Under the pieces are notes generated by a model that was given only the letters and a program-made list of their open reading frames with translations, was not told the DNA's origin and did not search any database. Positions 33,921 to 46,959 of a DNA stretch of 64,000 nt are shown here, in pieces. Numbering within the stretch: the stretch's first letter is position 1; each line of letters begins with the position of its first letter. Position numbers and translations under genes: made by a program. Location of the stretch: assembly GCF_000143415.4 (NCBI RefSeq), contig NW_003314265.1:4026443-4090442 (forward strand). Direction: 5' to 3'. This stretch comes from Selaginella moellendorffii. Taxonomy: Eukaryota > Plantae > Lycopodiophyta.

Positions 33921-34545
33921 TCAAACCTTGGCTAGGAACTTGCTTCTCATCATGTATGCCCATTCGAGGCCTGGACAGTAGTGGAGCGGGGGATTGAATC
34001 GTCCGTCATCGATATCGTCCGGGAGAAAAGCCCCGTTTTTCAAGAGAAAACGCATCGCCTTCTTGTTGCGTTCTTTCGCAGCGTTGTGGAGTGGAGTCCC
34101 TGTGAATGGAAAAATCGAATCAGAGCCTTTTTTCTTGTATGTTTTTGGTGGAAAGAGAGAAGTCGAAACTCACATCCACAGCCACCTCCTTTGGTCCGAG
34201 CGTCGATGTTTGCTCCTCTCTCGAGAAGCTCATCGATCACAGATAGGTGGCCCCCAGCCGCAGCCAAGTGAAGAGGTGTAGTTCCCGGCGCCTTTGGGCC
34301 AAAAGATGGCTCGTTTGGATCAGCTCCATTCTCCAAAAGTCGCTTCACCTGTAGAACAACAGAGAAAACGTTGTGAAGGAAAGCACGAAAGAGAGGAATT
34401 CTGTAGAAAGTACCTCGTCAAGGTCACCCATACGTGCCGCAACGTGAAGATTAGTCCACCCACGATCGTCTCTACTACAGACCTTGTCATTCGCCTCTCG
34501 GAAAGAAAGCCGCTTGAGCAAATTCCTCTTCTCACTGATTTTCAT
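33921..34545 (-). CDS. Ankyrin repeat protein, PIA2/ANK6-like, 3 coding exons
   Basis: DDRGWTNLH...GPKAPGTTPLHLAA.GGH...GCG|WTPLHNAAKE...GAFLPDDIDDGRFNPPLHYCPGLEWAY. Start codon is uncertain. Confidence 0.88.
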
Positions 34546-34997
34546 TGCCACTTGAAAGAGTGTTCCTAGAGATCACTCTCTCCAGTCGAGCTACTGATTG
34601 TCCGCTTGGATTGTTGGCACAAAGATGGGATTTTTAGCGAGAGGTTCCAGGGCCAGGGACGCACGTAGAGTCGGAACGGGGCGAATCTAGACTCCTGAAC
34701 TCACCGAAAGATTGCATGGCGCCTCCTCCAAGCGCGCAACGAAAATGTGCTCCAAACCCTAGAAAGCAATAGCCACGATTCCGAATCAGTATTGATTCCG
34801 GATCAAATTTGATACCCAATCAAACATTGAGCAGTCAGTTCTAGATCTTTCTAATTCTCATTGTTGAAAAAAATTATACAACCTTTCAGCTGAGAAATTT
34901 GTATCTTTTCGAAAAACTGATCTTTAGTTTCCGATAATCTTTGCTTTAAAAGTCCACACCTGCGCGTTTGAAAACGCGGCGCGCAGTCGGGGCCGTC

Positions 34998-35003
34998 CAC
35001 GTG
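34998..35003. promoter_or_regulatory. G-box (CACGTG) in the divergent promoter region
   Basis: Exact hexamer between the ankyrin and PP2C genes; function is untested. Confidence 0.35.
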
Positions 35004-35233
35004 TACCGGATGATAGTGGCTGCGGACGGCCCCGATTCGAAGCGGCTTTCTTTGTTTCTTTTGTCAGTGCCAGCGTTGACTGGCTATGGCGGACTCTAGA
35101 CTGCGTGCGATTTTGTCAAGCGCTTGAGCTCTGCCGACCAAGGCTAGCCTAGGGCTTCGCCAGGCCTATTGCCGATCTCGATGCTGCTGCGCCTGATGCG
35201 ATCTACGATCGTCGGGAGGAGGATCACTGAGCA

Positions 35234-36298
35234 ATGTGCTTGAGACTGCGGCGCCGGGTAAGATTAATCCCTCTCTCTCCTCGGATTCGTGACAAGATAC
35301 TCCCCTCTAGGCGCCAGCAGATTCCTCCGCGGGCAAAGGCAAGAGCAAGCAATCCAAACGAAGGGTTCGCCATGGATTCTCTTGCGTCAAAGGGAGGGCC
35401 AGCCATCCCATGGAAGATTTCTATGTCGCCGAGTACCAGATTCACAGGAACCACGAGCTGGGCTTGTTTGCCATCTACGACGGGCACCTCGGCCACAGTG
35501 TTCCCGATTACTTGAAGCGCAATCTCTTCAACAACATTCTCAAAGAGGTGACGAAAACAAATCCATCTTGGTTTCACTCTCGCTGATCGATTGATCGCTA
35601 CAAAACAGCCAGGATTCTTTACAAACCCGAGCAATGCAATAAGGAAGGCGTACCAGGAGACGGATCAAACCATACTAGCCAAGGCCCCGGAGCTGGGCTC
35701 CGGCGGCTCTACTGCAGTGACTGCAATTTTGGTAGACGGATTAAGATTACTGGTGGCCAACATAGGTGACTCCCGCGCCGTGCTGAGCGAGGCCGGCAAG
35801 GCTCGCCAGCTCTCGGTCGATCACGAGCCCAGCAACGCCTCGGAGCACAAGAACATCCGGGACAGAGGCGGCTTTGTTCTCAACATGCCAGGTTCTGTAA
35901 AACTTGTCTTTGTTCTTCCCGTCGAGCTTGGCAAAGTGATTCTCTTCCTACTTCCAGGCGATGTGCCTCGCGTTGATGGCCAATTGGCCGTAGCTCGAGC
36001 TTTCGGCGACAAGAACCTCAAGGATCACTTGAGCGCGGAGCCGGACATTGTCGACGAGCAGCTCTCTCCAGACGCGGAGTTTTTGATACTCGCGAGTGAC
36101 GGGCTCTGGAAGGTAATCAAGAGTCGGATTTTGCATCGTTTGTTCACGCGCTACATGCAGGTGATGAAGAACCAACACGCTGTGGATTTGATAAAGAAGA
36201 TCAAGAACCCAAAAAACGCCGCGAAGAGGTTGACGGACGAGGCCCTGGCGCTCAAGAGCATGGACGATATTTCGTGTGTCGTTGTTCGTTTTGTTTGA
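35234..36298 (+). CDS. Protein phosphatase 2C (clade F-like), multi-exon
   Basis: HGFSCVKGRASHPMED...LGLFAIYDGHLG...GGSTAVT...ANIGDSR...LAVARAFGD...ASDGLWK...DDISCVVVRF, with short GT-AG introns. Confidence 0.93.
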
Positions 36299-36418
36299 AA
36301 AGATTGATTGTAAGTAAGGAGAAAGGAAAGCAAGAAGAAAGGTTAACTCACTGTATAATATAAACCCATGATTCTTCCCGCTTGGAATTCATCTCTGGGG
36401 TTTCTCTCCAGGCGGGCC

Positions 36419-36729
36419 ATGGAAGGAAGGGGGAAAGTTTGCAAGCGGTGCAAGACAACATTCGATCCCGCGCTCAACACGTCGGGATCGTGTCGGTTCC
36501 ACAGCGCCATGTTTGTGTGCCGCCGACACGACGATCAAAAGAGGCAAGAGAACAAAAACTAGAGTAGGAAAATCAGTGAAATTAAGAGCGCCATGCCAGG
36601 TACTACGAATTGGGGCCCGACGAGCCGCCCTACGACGCCAAATTCTACGATTGCTGCGGCGCGGAGGATCCGCATGCCCCCGGGTGCAAAACCCTCCCCC
36701 ACATTTCTTACGACGACAAAGATCATTGA
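36419..36729 (+). CDS. Small Cys/His-rich (CHORD-like zinc-binding) protein, 84 aa; GC-AG intron 36544-36599
   Basis: Splicing gives MEGRGKVCKRCK...SCRFHS..VCRRHDDQKR|YYELGPDEPPYDAKFYDCCGAEDPHAPGC...HISYDD. Confidence 0.8.
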
Positions 36730-37068
36730 AAATTTAGGGCTCTTAGTAGAGAGGGATATTCTGTCTACACCTGACAGAATATCCATTGGGCTTGAGAGGG
36801 ATATTCTGTCTTGTGTGTCTGTTGGCTTGCTCCTTGCACTGACAGGTGGCACTACCAGCGAGTGGCACATCACCTTCAAAGCAAACCTTTTGGTTTTTCT
36901 AGGGCTCTTTTTAAGCTCTCTCCCTCGGCCTGGTAGAAGCCGGATCGAGGAGCACTCGTGCATTTTTATTTCCATTCGATTCATTCATATATACATCGCT
37001 GATTCGATCATCCTTGATCCCTCCAATCTTCTTCCTCTCTTGATTTTCCCTCTCTCGCGAATTCGGCG

Positions 37069-38583
37069 ATGGCGGCCAGCTCGTGGGTGGATCGCATGCG
37101 CGGCGTGTATGGAATGCCGCTGCTGGCGCTGATCGGCGTGGGGTTTTGGGTGCAGGGATTCCGGTGCTTCCCGTGGCTGGCCGTGAATTACCATCTCAAG
37201 GACGATCTCCAGCTGAATCCGGGAATGCTCCAGTTCTTGCAGCAAAGCACCAATTTGCCATTTCTTGCCAAGCCACTCTACGGCGTTGTCTCCGACGCCA
37301 TCTACATCAATGGAGCTCACCGGGTTCCATATCTTATCTTCGCAGGTACGTAGCTTTTTCGATTCCTTTCTCCTTTCTACGTCTTCTTTGATTCTCTTGC
37401 GCGTTTTCTTTGATGTACTGTTCTTAGATCTTCTTCCAAGTTTCTTCTAGATAGATTCTTGGTCGGTGTTACCAATTGTTCTTAGAAAACTTACATTCTT
37501 TCACTCCTTGCAGGCCTGATACAACTTCTCTCGTGGGGAAGTATCGCGTTTCTCCCCAAAGTCGCCAACTCGATCGGCCTCCTCGCGCTCTACCTCACTC
37601 TCAGCAACTTTGGCGTCGCCATTGGCGAGGTCGCAAACGATGCTCTGGTGGCCGAGTGTGGCAAGCGACGGGGGAGCTCCCCAGGTGAGCTCCAGTCCTT
37701 CTCAATGGTCGCCTTTTCGCTGGGGGCAACGCTGGGGAACTTGCTGGCCGGGGTAGCACTGAGTAAGCTCCAAACCACGACCATTTTCTCGATGTTCCTC
37801 ATGGTGGTGACGCTCAACTTTGCCGTCTCATACTCCGTCAGCGAGAAGTCGGTGGTTGCATCGCAGGAGGTCGCTGCAAAGGGTGACAACGACAAGGATC
37901 AGCCAAGGAAACATAAACGCAAAAGCATGACACAACAGGCTGTGGAGATGGCAAACCTGGTGAAAAGGCCGGACATACTCCGTCCACTTCTCTGGTTCAC
38001 CTTGTCGGTCACCATCATCCCTTCGTTGCTCGGCAGCGTCTTCTACTATCAAACCCAGGTTCTCCGCGTCGACTCGTTCTACCTCGGCCTCTCCAAGGCC
38101 GTGGCTCAGCTCGGGCTTCTTTTGGCTTCTATATCCTTCAACAGCTACCTCAAGGACGTTCCACTCGCGAAGCTGGCCGCAAGCATCCAGATCGTTCTAG
38201 CTTCCTCGATGCTCCTCGATGTTCTCCTCGTCAAGCGGCTCAACTCGCGGCTGCTGGGCGTGACGGACGAGTACTTCGTGCTCTTGTTCGCGGGACTAGT
38301 TGAAGCCATAGGCCTGTTCAAGGCTCTTCCCTTCGCGGTGTTGCTGGGAAAGATTTGTCCACCGGGAGCCGAGGGGACGCTCATGGCTGTCTTCTCGGCC
38401 TGCCTGTGCCTGGCCAACCTGGCGAGCGGATACTTTGGAGTTGCTCTCGCTGCGCTACTCGGTATTTCTTCACAGAACTTCGACTACTTGGCGCTGGGGA
38501 TTGTTGTAGAGGCTGCATTCACGCTCGTGCCGGTGTTCTTCACTGGCGCCTTGCAACAACAACGGCTGAAGAAAGAAGAATAG
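37069..38583 (+). CDS. Folate-biopterin transporter (BT1 family, MFS); intron 37346-37513
   Basis: VQGFRCFPWLAV, KPLYGVVSDAIYI.G.HRVPY, EVANDALVAE, CPPGAEGTL; multiple TM segments. Confidence 0.92.
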
Positions 38584-38660
38584 ACTCTGGAACTGAGAAG
38601 TGTAAATACTGAGATGGAAAATAAGTAAATTACCTATCATACAAGTACAAGTTCCATTGC

Positions 38661-40899
38661 TCACTGGAGCATTTGCGTCCAATCGTGAGGCCTCCACTGC
38701 TGCAGGAACTCTTTCACAGCAGTCGCTTGATGATCGAATGACGCGTGCTTTGCCTTCTGGTGCATCGTCTCCTGGGGAAGCTTGAGCATGCCGATGAGAA
38801 CGTTCCGACCAAAGTTGCTGTCGAAGTCCTCTTCGTTGTCAATCACATGGCAATAGCCGCCTTCCAGCCCGAACTCCACATGAAAGTACGGAAAGTTCTT
38901 TGGTATGGAGGAGCGAAGCCCCTTGCCTCTGGTGTCTATAAGCTTCTTCGCGTTGTGCTGGCTCCATTCATCTTCGGCCTCGTCGATTGCCTGGTCATTA
39001 CACGGTGTCAGTGAAGTTATTCCGGCAGTGATCGACGTAAGGACTTGCCTTTTTGAAGTAAAGCGGACCTTGCTGGAGTACGTTGGGAGGAACGGGGATG
39101 CATTCGACCAGACAATGCCTACGTTGCTGCGAGAGATTCATGGCCGTTTCTAGAAATATCACATCCTTCTCTTGCTCCTTGAACATCTTGAGCAGGCACT
39201 TTTTGAAGTTCCGAATCTCATCCCAAACATCGTCATCAACGTTCCTTGTAGAGCCTTCGTGCTATTAAATCAAACGCGAGCTTTAGCATTTAGTGAAAAC
39301 TTTGAAAGAAAGAGCTTACTTGCGAAGGAACAATGTAGCAATGTCCCGGTACAAGTGAAGACGTAGGAGGAAGCATCAAGTACGTGAAGTTGCCAATCGC
39401 GATTGTTAGATGTTTCGGCCTCGACGAGTTCTCAAAGCAATACCGGCAGCGCTCGTTCTGTGTCTGAATACGATTGTACTGAGAGACCGCGCTGTTCTTG
39501 GCCTTCGTCATTCCCTTCCTTGCCGACTTTTTCTTATAAGCATCGCTTTCGATTCCAACGTCGTCGTACTCATCGTCGGCTTGATACCTCTCCCTCGAGC
39601 GATAAATCTTTGACGCAAGGAACGCATCGGAATCCTTGTTTTCTTGAGCATGTCTCTGGATGGCAGTGATTTTCTTCATCGCCGCATCATCGCCGCCAGC
39701 CGAAGTTTTAACCTTGTCACCATCGGAATCTTTGTTTTGCGCACGTCTCTGGATTGCAGCTATCTTCCTCTTCACAGGATCATCATCAGCTGTCGGTTGA
39801 TCGACCTCTGGTCCCTTGCTTTCGCGAGCACGTCCTTGGATTGCCGCATCATGACCTGATCTGTCATAGTTTGAATCCTTGCTTTCGCGAACACGTCTCT
39901 GAATGGTAGCGACCTTGTTCTTTACAGCATCATCACCACCACCACTCGATTGATCCGGCTTGTCTCTATCCGTCTTCTCCTGCATCTGTTTAAACTTCTC
40001 CATAAAGCTCCCATCGTTCTCAAATATGTTGTAAGACGCTGCCGCGGCCTTGAGGACTGCAGAGTCCTCGGAGCGCATGGTATCCCTCCTCTGTGACTTC
40101 CATTTGAGTGATCCATCCACCCTCGGAGCTCTCATCCGAGAACCTTCCCTCGCAGACCGAGAATCTTCTTTCGCAGGCTCATCCTCTGAGCGTCCTGCCT
40201 CCTGTTCCTGCTCGTACTTACGTTTTCTGTCGCGAATAGCATGGAGATGTGCGTTGGAATGTGCCGCTCGCTTGTTACTTACGCGAGAGAACGCATCAAA
40301 CGATCCCCATCGATCACTGATAACCTGTATCCCCTCAATTCATAAGCCACGAGAAGTAAAGAGGAAAATGGAAGAGAAACACTTACATCTGGAAGACTCG
40401 CTCCTTCTCGTGCCGCACGCTCTTGAGCACGCTTTAATCCCTTGAGAAGCCAACTAGCACCCCCATCGCCGACACCTCCGGGAACTCGTCGAGCTACATG
40501 TTCTTCTTCTGGAAATCCTTCGCCGCCATCTTTCCAGTGTGGATTGAGCTCCTTTGAATTCGAGGGAGGTTTCTGTTCATTTCATCCATGCGTGATTGTG
40601 AGGAAACGAAAACGGGACTAGAATTTCTAACCTCGTCGCGCTCTGCCTTGGAAGGAGCAATCTCTTCCTTGGGGACGGCTCGTTGAGGCCTGCTTGGCGC
40701 CACTGACATCCATTCCAAGCCAGCGTTCTTCCGCTTGGCAAGCATCTCTGGATCATCGGCATCGGCCGTCTTTCCCTCGCGATCCACATCCTGTAAGAGA
40801 GCTCGGCGGAGTGAGCGCTAGAATAATCTCGATCTACGAGCTTACATTTGAAGACGACGCGACAGAATCCCTGGAGACGAATCGCACCGCGCCAAGCAT
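38661..40899 (-). CDS. CWF19L2: CWF19-like protein 2 (CwfJ C-terminal domains), multi-exon
   Basis: AGLEWM, GDGGASW, FENDGSFM, C.YCFEN...HLTIAIGNF.YL.LP...GHC.IVP, FLETAM...HCLVECIP, YFHVEFG...HVID, DWTQML. N-terminal exon MLGAVRFVSRD is inferred. Confidence 0.9.
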
Positions 40900-40988
40900 C
40901 CTGTGCCTCTCTGGGCAAATGCTTCTAGGGTTCTTCACGGAGAATATTCTCAACAATTCCATAGTCCGCATTAGGGCTCTTAGGCGCG

Positions 40989-42639
40989 ATGGAGTGTTTG
41001 CAGGCCGCGAGCTCGTTCCCGCTTGGATTTCGGTAAGCCAGATGCAATTGCCTTCTCTCAGCACCTAATCTTCCGGTCCAGGAAGGCGCCCATGGCAGAG
41101 CAGATCGAGAGCCCGGATTACTGCTCCTCGAGCCTTAGCAGTGGAGAGCAGGCCGGATTTCTTTCTTCTAGAGCTCGCAGAGAAGCTCGAGGACAGCGTG
41201 AGCAAGGGTGCTGGGGAGGAGAGGAGGAGCAATCTCGTCTTGAAAGCCTTGCGGGATGGATCGGCCGAGGTCGCGGTTACGTGTAAGTGGCCTAGCAGCA
41301 AAGACGAAGCTTACAGGTTCACAAACGTGAAGTTTCTCAAGGATTCAGAGATCCAGCCGCTGATAATTGGTGGAGATGAAGTGGAGAGCTTGAGCTTTGA
41401 GGGCATGGAAGACGAAGAAGGTGAGAGCATCAGGCTGGTCTTCGTGGATGGGATCCTTTCTCCGGAATTGTCGAAAGTCGAAGGAGTTCCTCCTGAAGTT
41501 TACGTTGGAAGTATACTCGCTGCTCCGGATGAGAAGCTCCAGAAGTACGTCGTCCCCAGGATCTCACAGGCGTCAACCTTGATAGACAAGGATGCTTTCG
41601 TCTCCCTGAATGGAATTGGAGCGCTGGATCTGGGTGTGGTGCTGGTTCCCAAGGACTTGAAGCTGGAGAAGCCTATCCACGTTGTCTACTATTCGACTCC
41701 TCGCAAGAACTTGAAGAACCAGCTTGAACCTCAAGTCGTGTCAATGACAAATCCAAGGCTGCTCGTGGTGGCCTCCGAAGGAGCAACGGTCCATCTGGTT
41801 GAGGAGTTCAGAGGAGGAACAGAGGAGAGCTCTCACTGGACGAATTCCGTGTGTGAGATTGTTATCGAGTCGGGAGCTTCAGTGTCGCACGACTTGATAC
41901 AAACTCAAGGGCGATCTTCTGTGAGCATGAAAAAGACTTATGTCTCACAGGTAAATTCTCTTTCTCTTGCCGCTATTCTGGATGATTGACATTGGGCCTT
42001 CCAGGAGAAAGCTAGTAGCTACAAGTGCGTGGACGTGGAACTTGGGAGCAAGCTAAGCAGGCACAATCTCCACATTGAGCAGCTTGGTTCCGACACTAAA
42101 ACGGAGATGTTAACGTTCCTGTTGTGCGGTCGTGATCAGGTGCAAGACCTCCATAGCCGGTTGATACTGAACCATCCCAGAGGCTATGCAAGACAACTCC
42201 AGAAGTGCATTGTCATGAACTCAACAGGACATGGTGTGTTTGATGGCAACATTCGCGTAAACAGGTAAAATACTCTTTTTTTCTTTATTTTCTGCTTTTG
42301 CTTACGCACCAAGTCTGGATTCATAGGGATGCGCAGCAAACTGATGCTGGCCAGTTGAGTAGATCCCTGTTACTTGCTCCGAGAGCTACAGTGAATGCGA
42401 AGCCGAGCCTTCAGATAAATGCCGATGATGTCAAGTGCACCCACGGTGTAGCCATCAGTGACTTGGATGAAGACCAACTGTTTTACTTCCGAGCTCGTGG
42501 GATAGATGCTCAAACAGCACGCAGTGCGTTAGTGTTCTCCTTTGGAGCTGAAGTGATTGAGAAGCTGGAGAGTAAGACGATGCAGAAAAGCGTGGAAGAG
42601 TTGCTTAAAAGTTTGCTGCTTCGTGAAGGAGCTATATGA
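40989..42639 (+). CDS. SUFD: Plastid Fe-S cluster assembly protein SufD (ABCI7/NAP6), multi-exon
   Basis: KDEAYRFT, LVFVDG, GHGVFDGNI.VNR, AQQTDAGQL.RSLLL, KPSLQI.ADDVKCTHG, QLFYFRARGID. First exon (40989-41032, acceptor 41085) is inferred. Confidence 0.92.
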
Positions 42640-42829
42640 TTCGCTATAAGACCAGAAATTTGCTTGGTTGTTTTAATGTGAAAAGCTTAGCTTGGTGGCA
42701 AATGGTTCAGATAGGATAAATACTATAGGATCAGTTCAGATCTACTGCGATTGCCCCAATCGATGCCGTCATTTCTAAAATATTTTGGGCCGGCCCAGAA
42801 GGTGGGCATGACACCTGTTTGTTTGTTGT

Positions 42830-45800
42830 GCGCCCTAGGAGGTGTAAAACTCTTCTTTCCTCCGCCCTTGCAGCCGCAAAACTTCTACCGCGGATGAGGA
42901 CACCAGCACCAGAGGTGGAGGCCCAGGAGCTTGTGCCGCTCGAGTACGGGGATGTTCACGGTTCATGCAAGGTTTAGCATCATCCCCTGTTGCCAGTGTA
43001 TCACAAGGTATACTCCCAGGAATTCCTCTGGGACTAGACAGCTCCACACGGCTCAATCGGTCAGTATTGCTCTAGCCCACAAATCATTCTTCACAGTGAG
43101 CAGGACATGCTGCAAGAGAGCTCACATCCTAGATCAATGAATGGGCACTCCAGAAGTGGCCAATTTTCCAGTGGTCAGGTGGAGCAGGGCCGAATCATTC
43201 AATCTCTTTGGCTCCAGCGTGCTTCTCATGGGATCTTCCAGGGCATTCTTTGCAAGCATGCAGCGCATGGTGCATGGCAATCCACACAATATCAATGGTG
43301 TTGAAGGAATTTGTTCAAGGGATTGGCATGCGGTGTTCAAATGGATTAACATGGTCACATGCATTAGTGGATACTGTGGAGGAGCTGAATGGTTCCAAGA
43401 TTCCTAAGTTAGTTTTTTCTTATTTTACTTATGTCTTTCTTGAAGCTGTTCCAAGTGTATCTCACAATCTTGAGAAGAGTAAAAACTCTTTCTTCATTTC
43501 TCGTGCAACTCTTCTAGATTGCATCAGCAGGCTTGAAAGCTTTGCATCATCCCGGTCCATTCCAGTTCTAGAAGTTCCAGGCAAAGCCAAGAAGATTAGG
43601 CAGTAGTGTCTTAGATCAAGAAATTTGCTAGGTTGATGGAATTTCAGTTCTGCTTGGGAAGGCTCCTCCACTTGGGACAATGGTGGATCTATTCTTTGTT
43701 AGGCTTTCTCTCTTTAGATTCATCCTTCTATGGTAAAAATTGTTGTGTTATTCTTATTGTGCTTTAGTATGTCCAACAGTAGGATAGTAGATAGAATTGC
43801 AACAATCAGGGCCATATGATTTAAATATTTCCAAGAACTTTGCCAATTGGCAGTTGCAGATCTTGCTGAGTCCATGAATACCAAGAGATTACTACCAGGA
43901 TTCTCAAAATTTCTTGCTCTAAGAATGTGCAATGTTGTTGGTGAAGTTCTTTGCTTGGCTTGCAAAGAAAGTTTTGTAAAGAATTTATCACTAAGGATTT
44001 AAAGATGTTTACCTCTCCTTTCTATGGATGCTTAGTTAGGAATGCTAGATGGATTTTGAGCTTACAACTTGATTTGCCTAATACTTGAAATTTATAGTTG
44101 TAAAGTCTGTAATACATATATTTATAAACATGTATTACCTTATCTAGGTAATATATTAATTACAGTATTATAACATATCATTGCTTATTTTGGATTGAAT
44201 TTGGTCTTCCTTAAGAGTCTAAACCCCAATTAATATACTTACTCCCATATTTTAAACATTCACATTGGTGGTGGTGAGGGCATTGCAATTTGTTCTTGGA
44301 GGGTAAAACATTTTTGTAATACTTTACTCTAGTGTTTGGGATTGTATTTTTATTTTTATTAATTTTTTCTTTTTTAGATTTAGATTTGTATGAACTTTTT
44401 GCAAGATCTAGAATTTTAACTTTCACTGTGCTTAAATTTATTCTTCCTTCTAATTTTCATTGCAATTCCTTCTTCTACCATGCCATGTTGTTATTAATCA
44501 AGGAATATATCATTTGAAGTTGTTAATGCTACTCTATTAAATTAAACTTTTGGTGTGATCATATTGGTGTTATGCCCATCTTTAATGTATTTCCATCTCC
44601 AACTTCCATGGGAATGAACTTGATTATTATAGAGATAACTTTAGAGACAAAGTGGAGATATTAAGGGATAGGTGTTAATCTTTTAATTTGCTATTTGATC
44701 TTTTCTCTTTACTTTTTGCTCTTTCTCAATAATTTTTTTATTTTTCGGTTTAAGCCACTTTCTTATGTTCCTAGTGTTTCTTCTTCATCTATAATGTTTT
44801 TGTTAATCATTTGTGACTCTTGTTATTTTCATTTTTAATTTAGTGTTGAGTTGAGTGTTTTTTGTCCTTTTTATACTAATCTGGATGTTAAATATATGCA
44901 TGAAGTTGAAAATTTTGTATTTGCTTCATTAACAAAGTTTGTAATTAGTTTTAGTGTTGATTATTCCCCTATTCTAAGAATTAAGTTACTTTGGCCAAAG
45001 TTTCAGATTGAGTATATGTTCCCACTTGTGAGTGCTATTAAAAGCTTTTGTTTTACCATTGATATTAACAAGTTTATGTGTTTTCTTAAGAGTATGGATA
45101 TCTCTATTGATTTTCCCAATTTAACTGTTGAGTTATGTGTTGAAAAATATAAATCTTTTGCTTATATTGTGGTGGTTGAATGATTTTATGATAGGAAGTC
45201 CTTTATTTTTCAAGCTTTTACCACATGTCTTTCTTTATGTTTCTCAATTTCTATATTGCCAGTTGCTGAAAATTCCTCTTTCGATGTTTCTTTATTTACA
45301 TTTTCTTCTTTCATAATATTTCTTCTTTAACTTTTCTTATTTTCTCCTTTTTGTCTTGACGTTTCAAACTTTTTTTTTTCAAAGAAAGAGGTAGAGGGGA
45401 TGGATGAGAGTCCTTAATGATGTTGTGAGTGTACAGTAGCGGAGTGAGGACAAATGATATAGATTATGGAGTGAGTATGAGCATAGCAAGTCTAAATGGA
45501 ATATCTAACTGCAATATAGTGAAGCCGAACAAATATGAAAGTGGAGTGAGGTCAAACATAAATGGTGGAGTGAGAACAAGCACAAAAAGTTTGAATAGAG
45601 TTAGTGTTTTAAAGTTTTTTTTTTTTTCGAAGAAGAAATAAAGAGGATGTAGAGGATGAATAAAGTGATTCTAATCTCCCATGTGGATTATTGGATAATG
45701 ATAAAGGTCATGAGTTTGAGGTCTTAAATGTTAAATGAAAGGAAAATACAAAGGAAGATATTGTTTATAGTCGTGAGTCTGAATTAACAATGGTCTCAAA

Positions 45801-46400
45801 ACATCATTAATAAATAGACTTAAAGATGGGATATATCATTTATTTCAATGGTGCTTTATAGACTTTAGTGGCTCTCAAAGTCCTTTATTTCAATTCAAAA
45901 TTATAGTTTTAAGGTTAATTCAAGCATTTGGCAATTATATATAAAGTTGCAACTAGTTCATTGGGATTTCATAGTTGACTAATGTTTATGCTATAATTTT
46001 AGGTTTTGTTTCAATTATAGTTGTTAGCAACTATATTGATGGTTCTATGGGAGCTTCAAGTTCTTGTATCAATCTATAATCATCCAGCAAAAACTCCAAA
46101 TGTTCCACCTAACTCATTATCACTTTTTTTATTATTTGGAGGGAGGATGGTGTAAGGTATAATATATTAATTATATTACTATAACATAAAATTAATGTAT
46201 CTATTCCCATATTTTGAGCACTCATAAAGTGCCTTTTATGAATATATTTCAATTAGTTTTTACTAATATCTGAATTAGTAATAATAATTTTTATGGATTC
46301 TGCTTTTACTTTTGTTTCAGATTAGTAATATATTAGTTTTTTTGAAATAGTAATAAGTTTATGTATATCTCAAGTAAAAGCATACTTTACATTTAACTAT
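42830..46400 (-). pseudogene. Possible ancient LINE (L1-like) relic, AT-rich
   Basis: Weak minus-strand traces: IIKFIP..GD..LK...PI (~44570-44630) and LDLAKSSY (~44400), in the expected RT order. Boundaries are uncertain. Confidence 0.35.
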
Positions 46401-46959
46401 AACAAACAATTAGTTCTTGCAAGTTTTTAGGGGAGATACACCTCCCAAAATGGGAGGTATTCCTAGAGTGGTCAGCCCAGAAAAAAAAATGTTTTGTATA
46501 GTAATATAATCTCTGAAATATTTTAGATAAAAAAATTAACTTTAATAATTTTAATTTGAAATATAATAAGGAGGTTTGCTTAGTTTTAAGAGTGTATACA
46601 AACTCAAATTACTAATAAAAATAAATTAAACAAAACAATAGGAGTATATATTATATTTTTATATGTAGCCTTAGTTAATTACAATTTAACTCATCAAAAA
46701 CAATTTGATTAAGCAGTAATATTTAAACTCTTTTTCCTAACTATAAATACTGTTTAGTATATACTATTATGGAATATCAGATTTTGTGTGTGCATGGAAT
46801 ATGAAAATAGAATACAGAAATATGGATATTAATTAGCCCAAAAGCTTAGTTTATATATAGGAGTGAGTGGTCTAGATTGAAACCAATCCAAAGGTTATCA
46901 AAATCCCACTACACTAATATTAGTATATAGCATTGCAGTAGTATACTTAGACTTCATGT

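Noticed and set aside
36750-36811. 18-bp direct repeat GAGAGGGATATTCTGTCT and ORFs 36559-37132
   Set aside because: A small local duplication in 3' UTR/intergenic DNA; the ORFs have no protein-like features.
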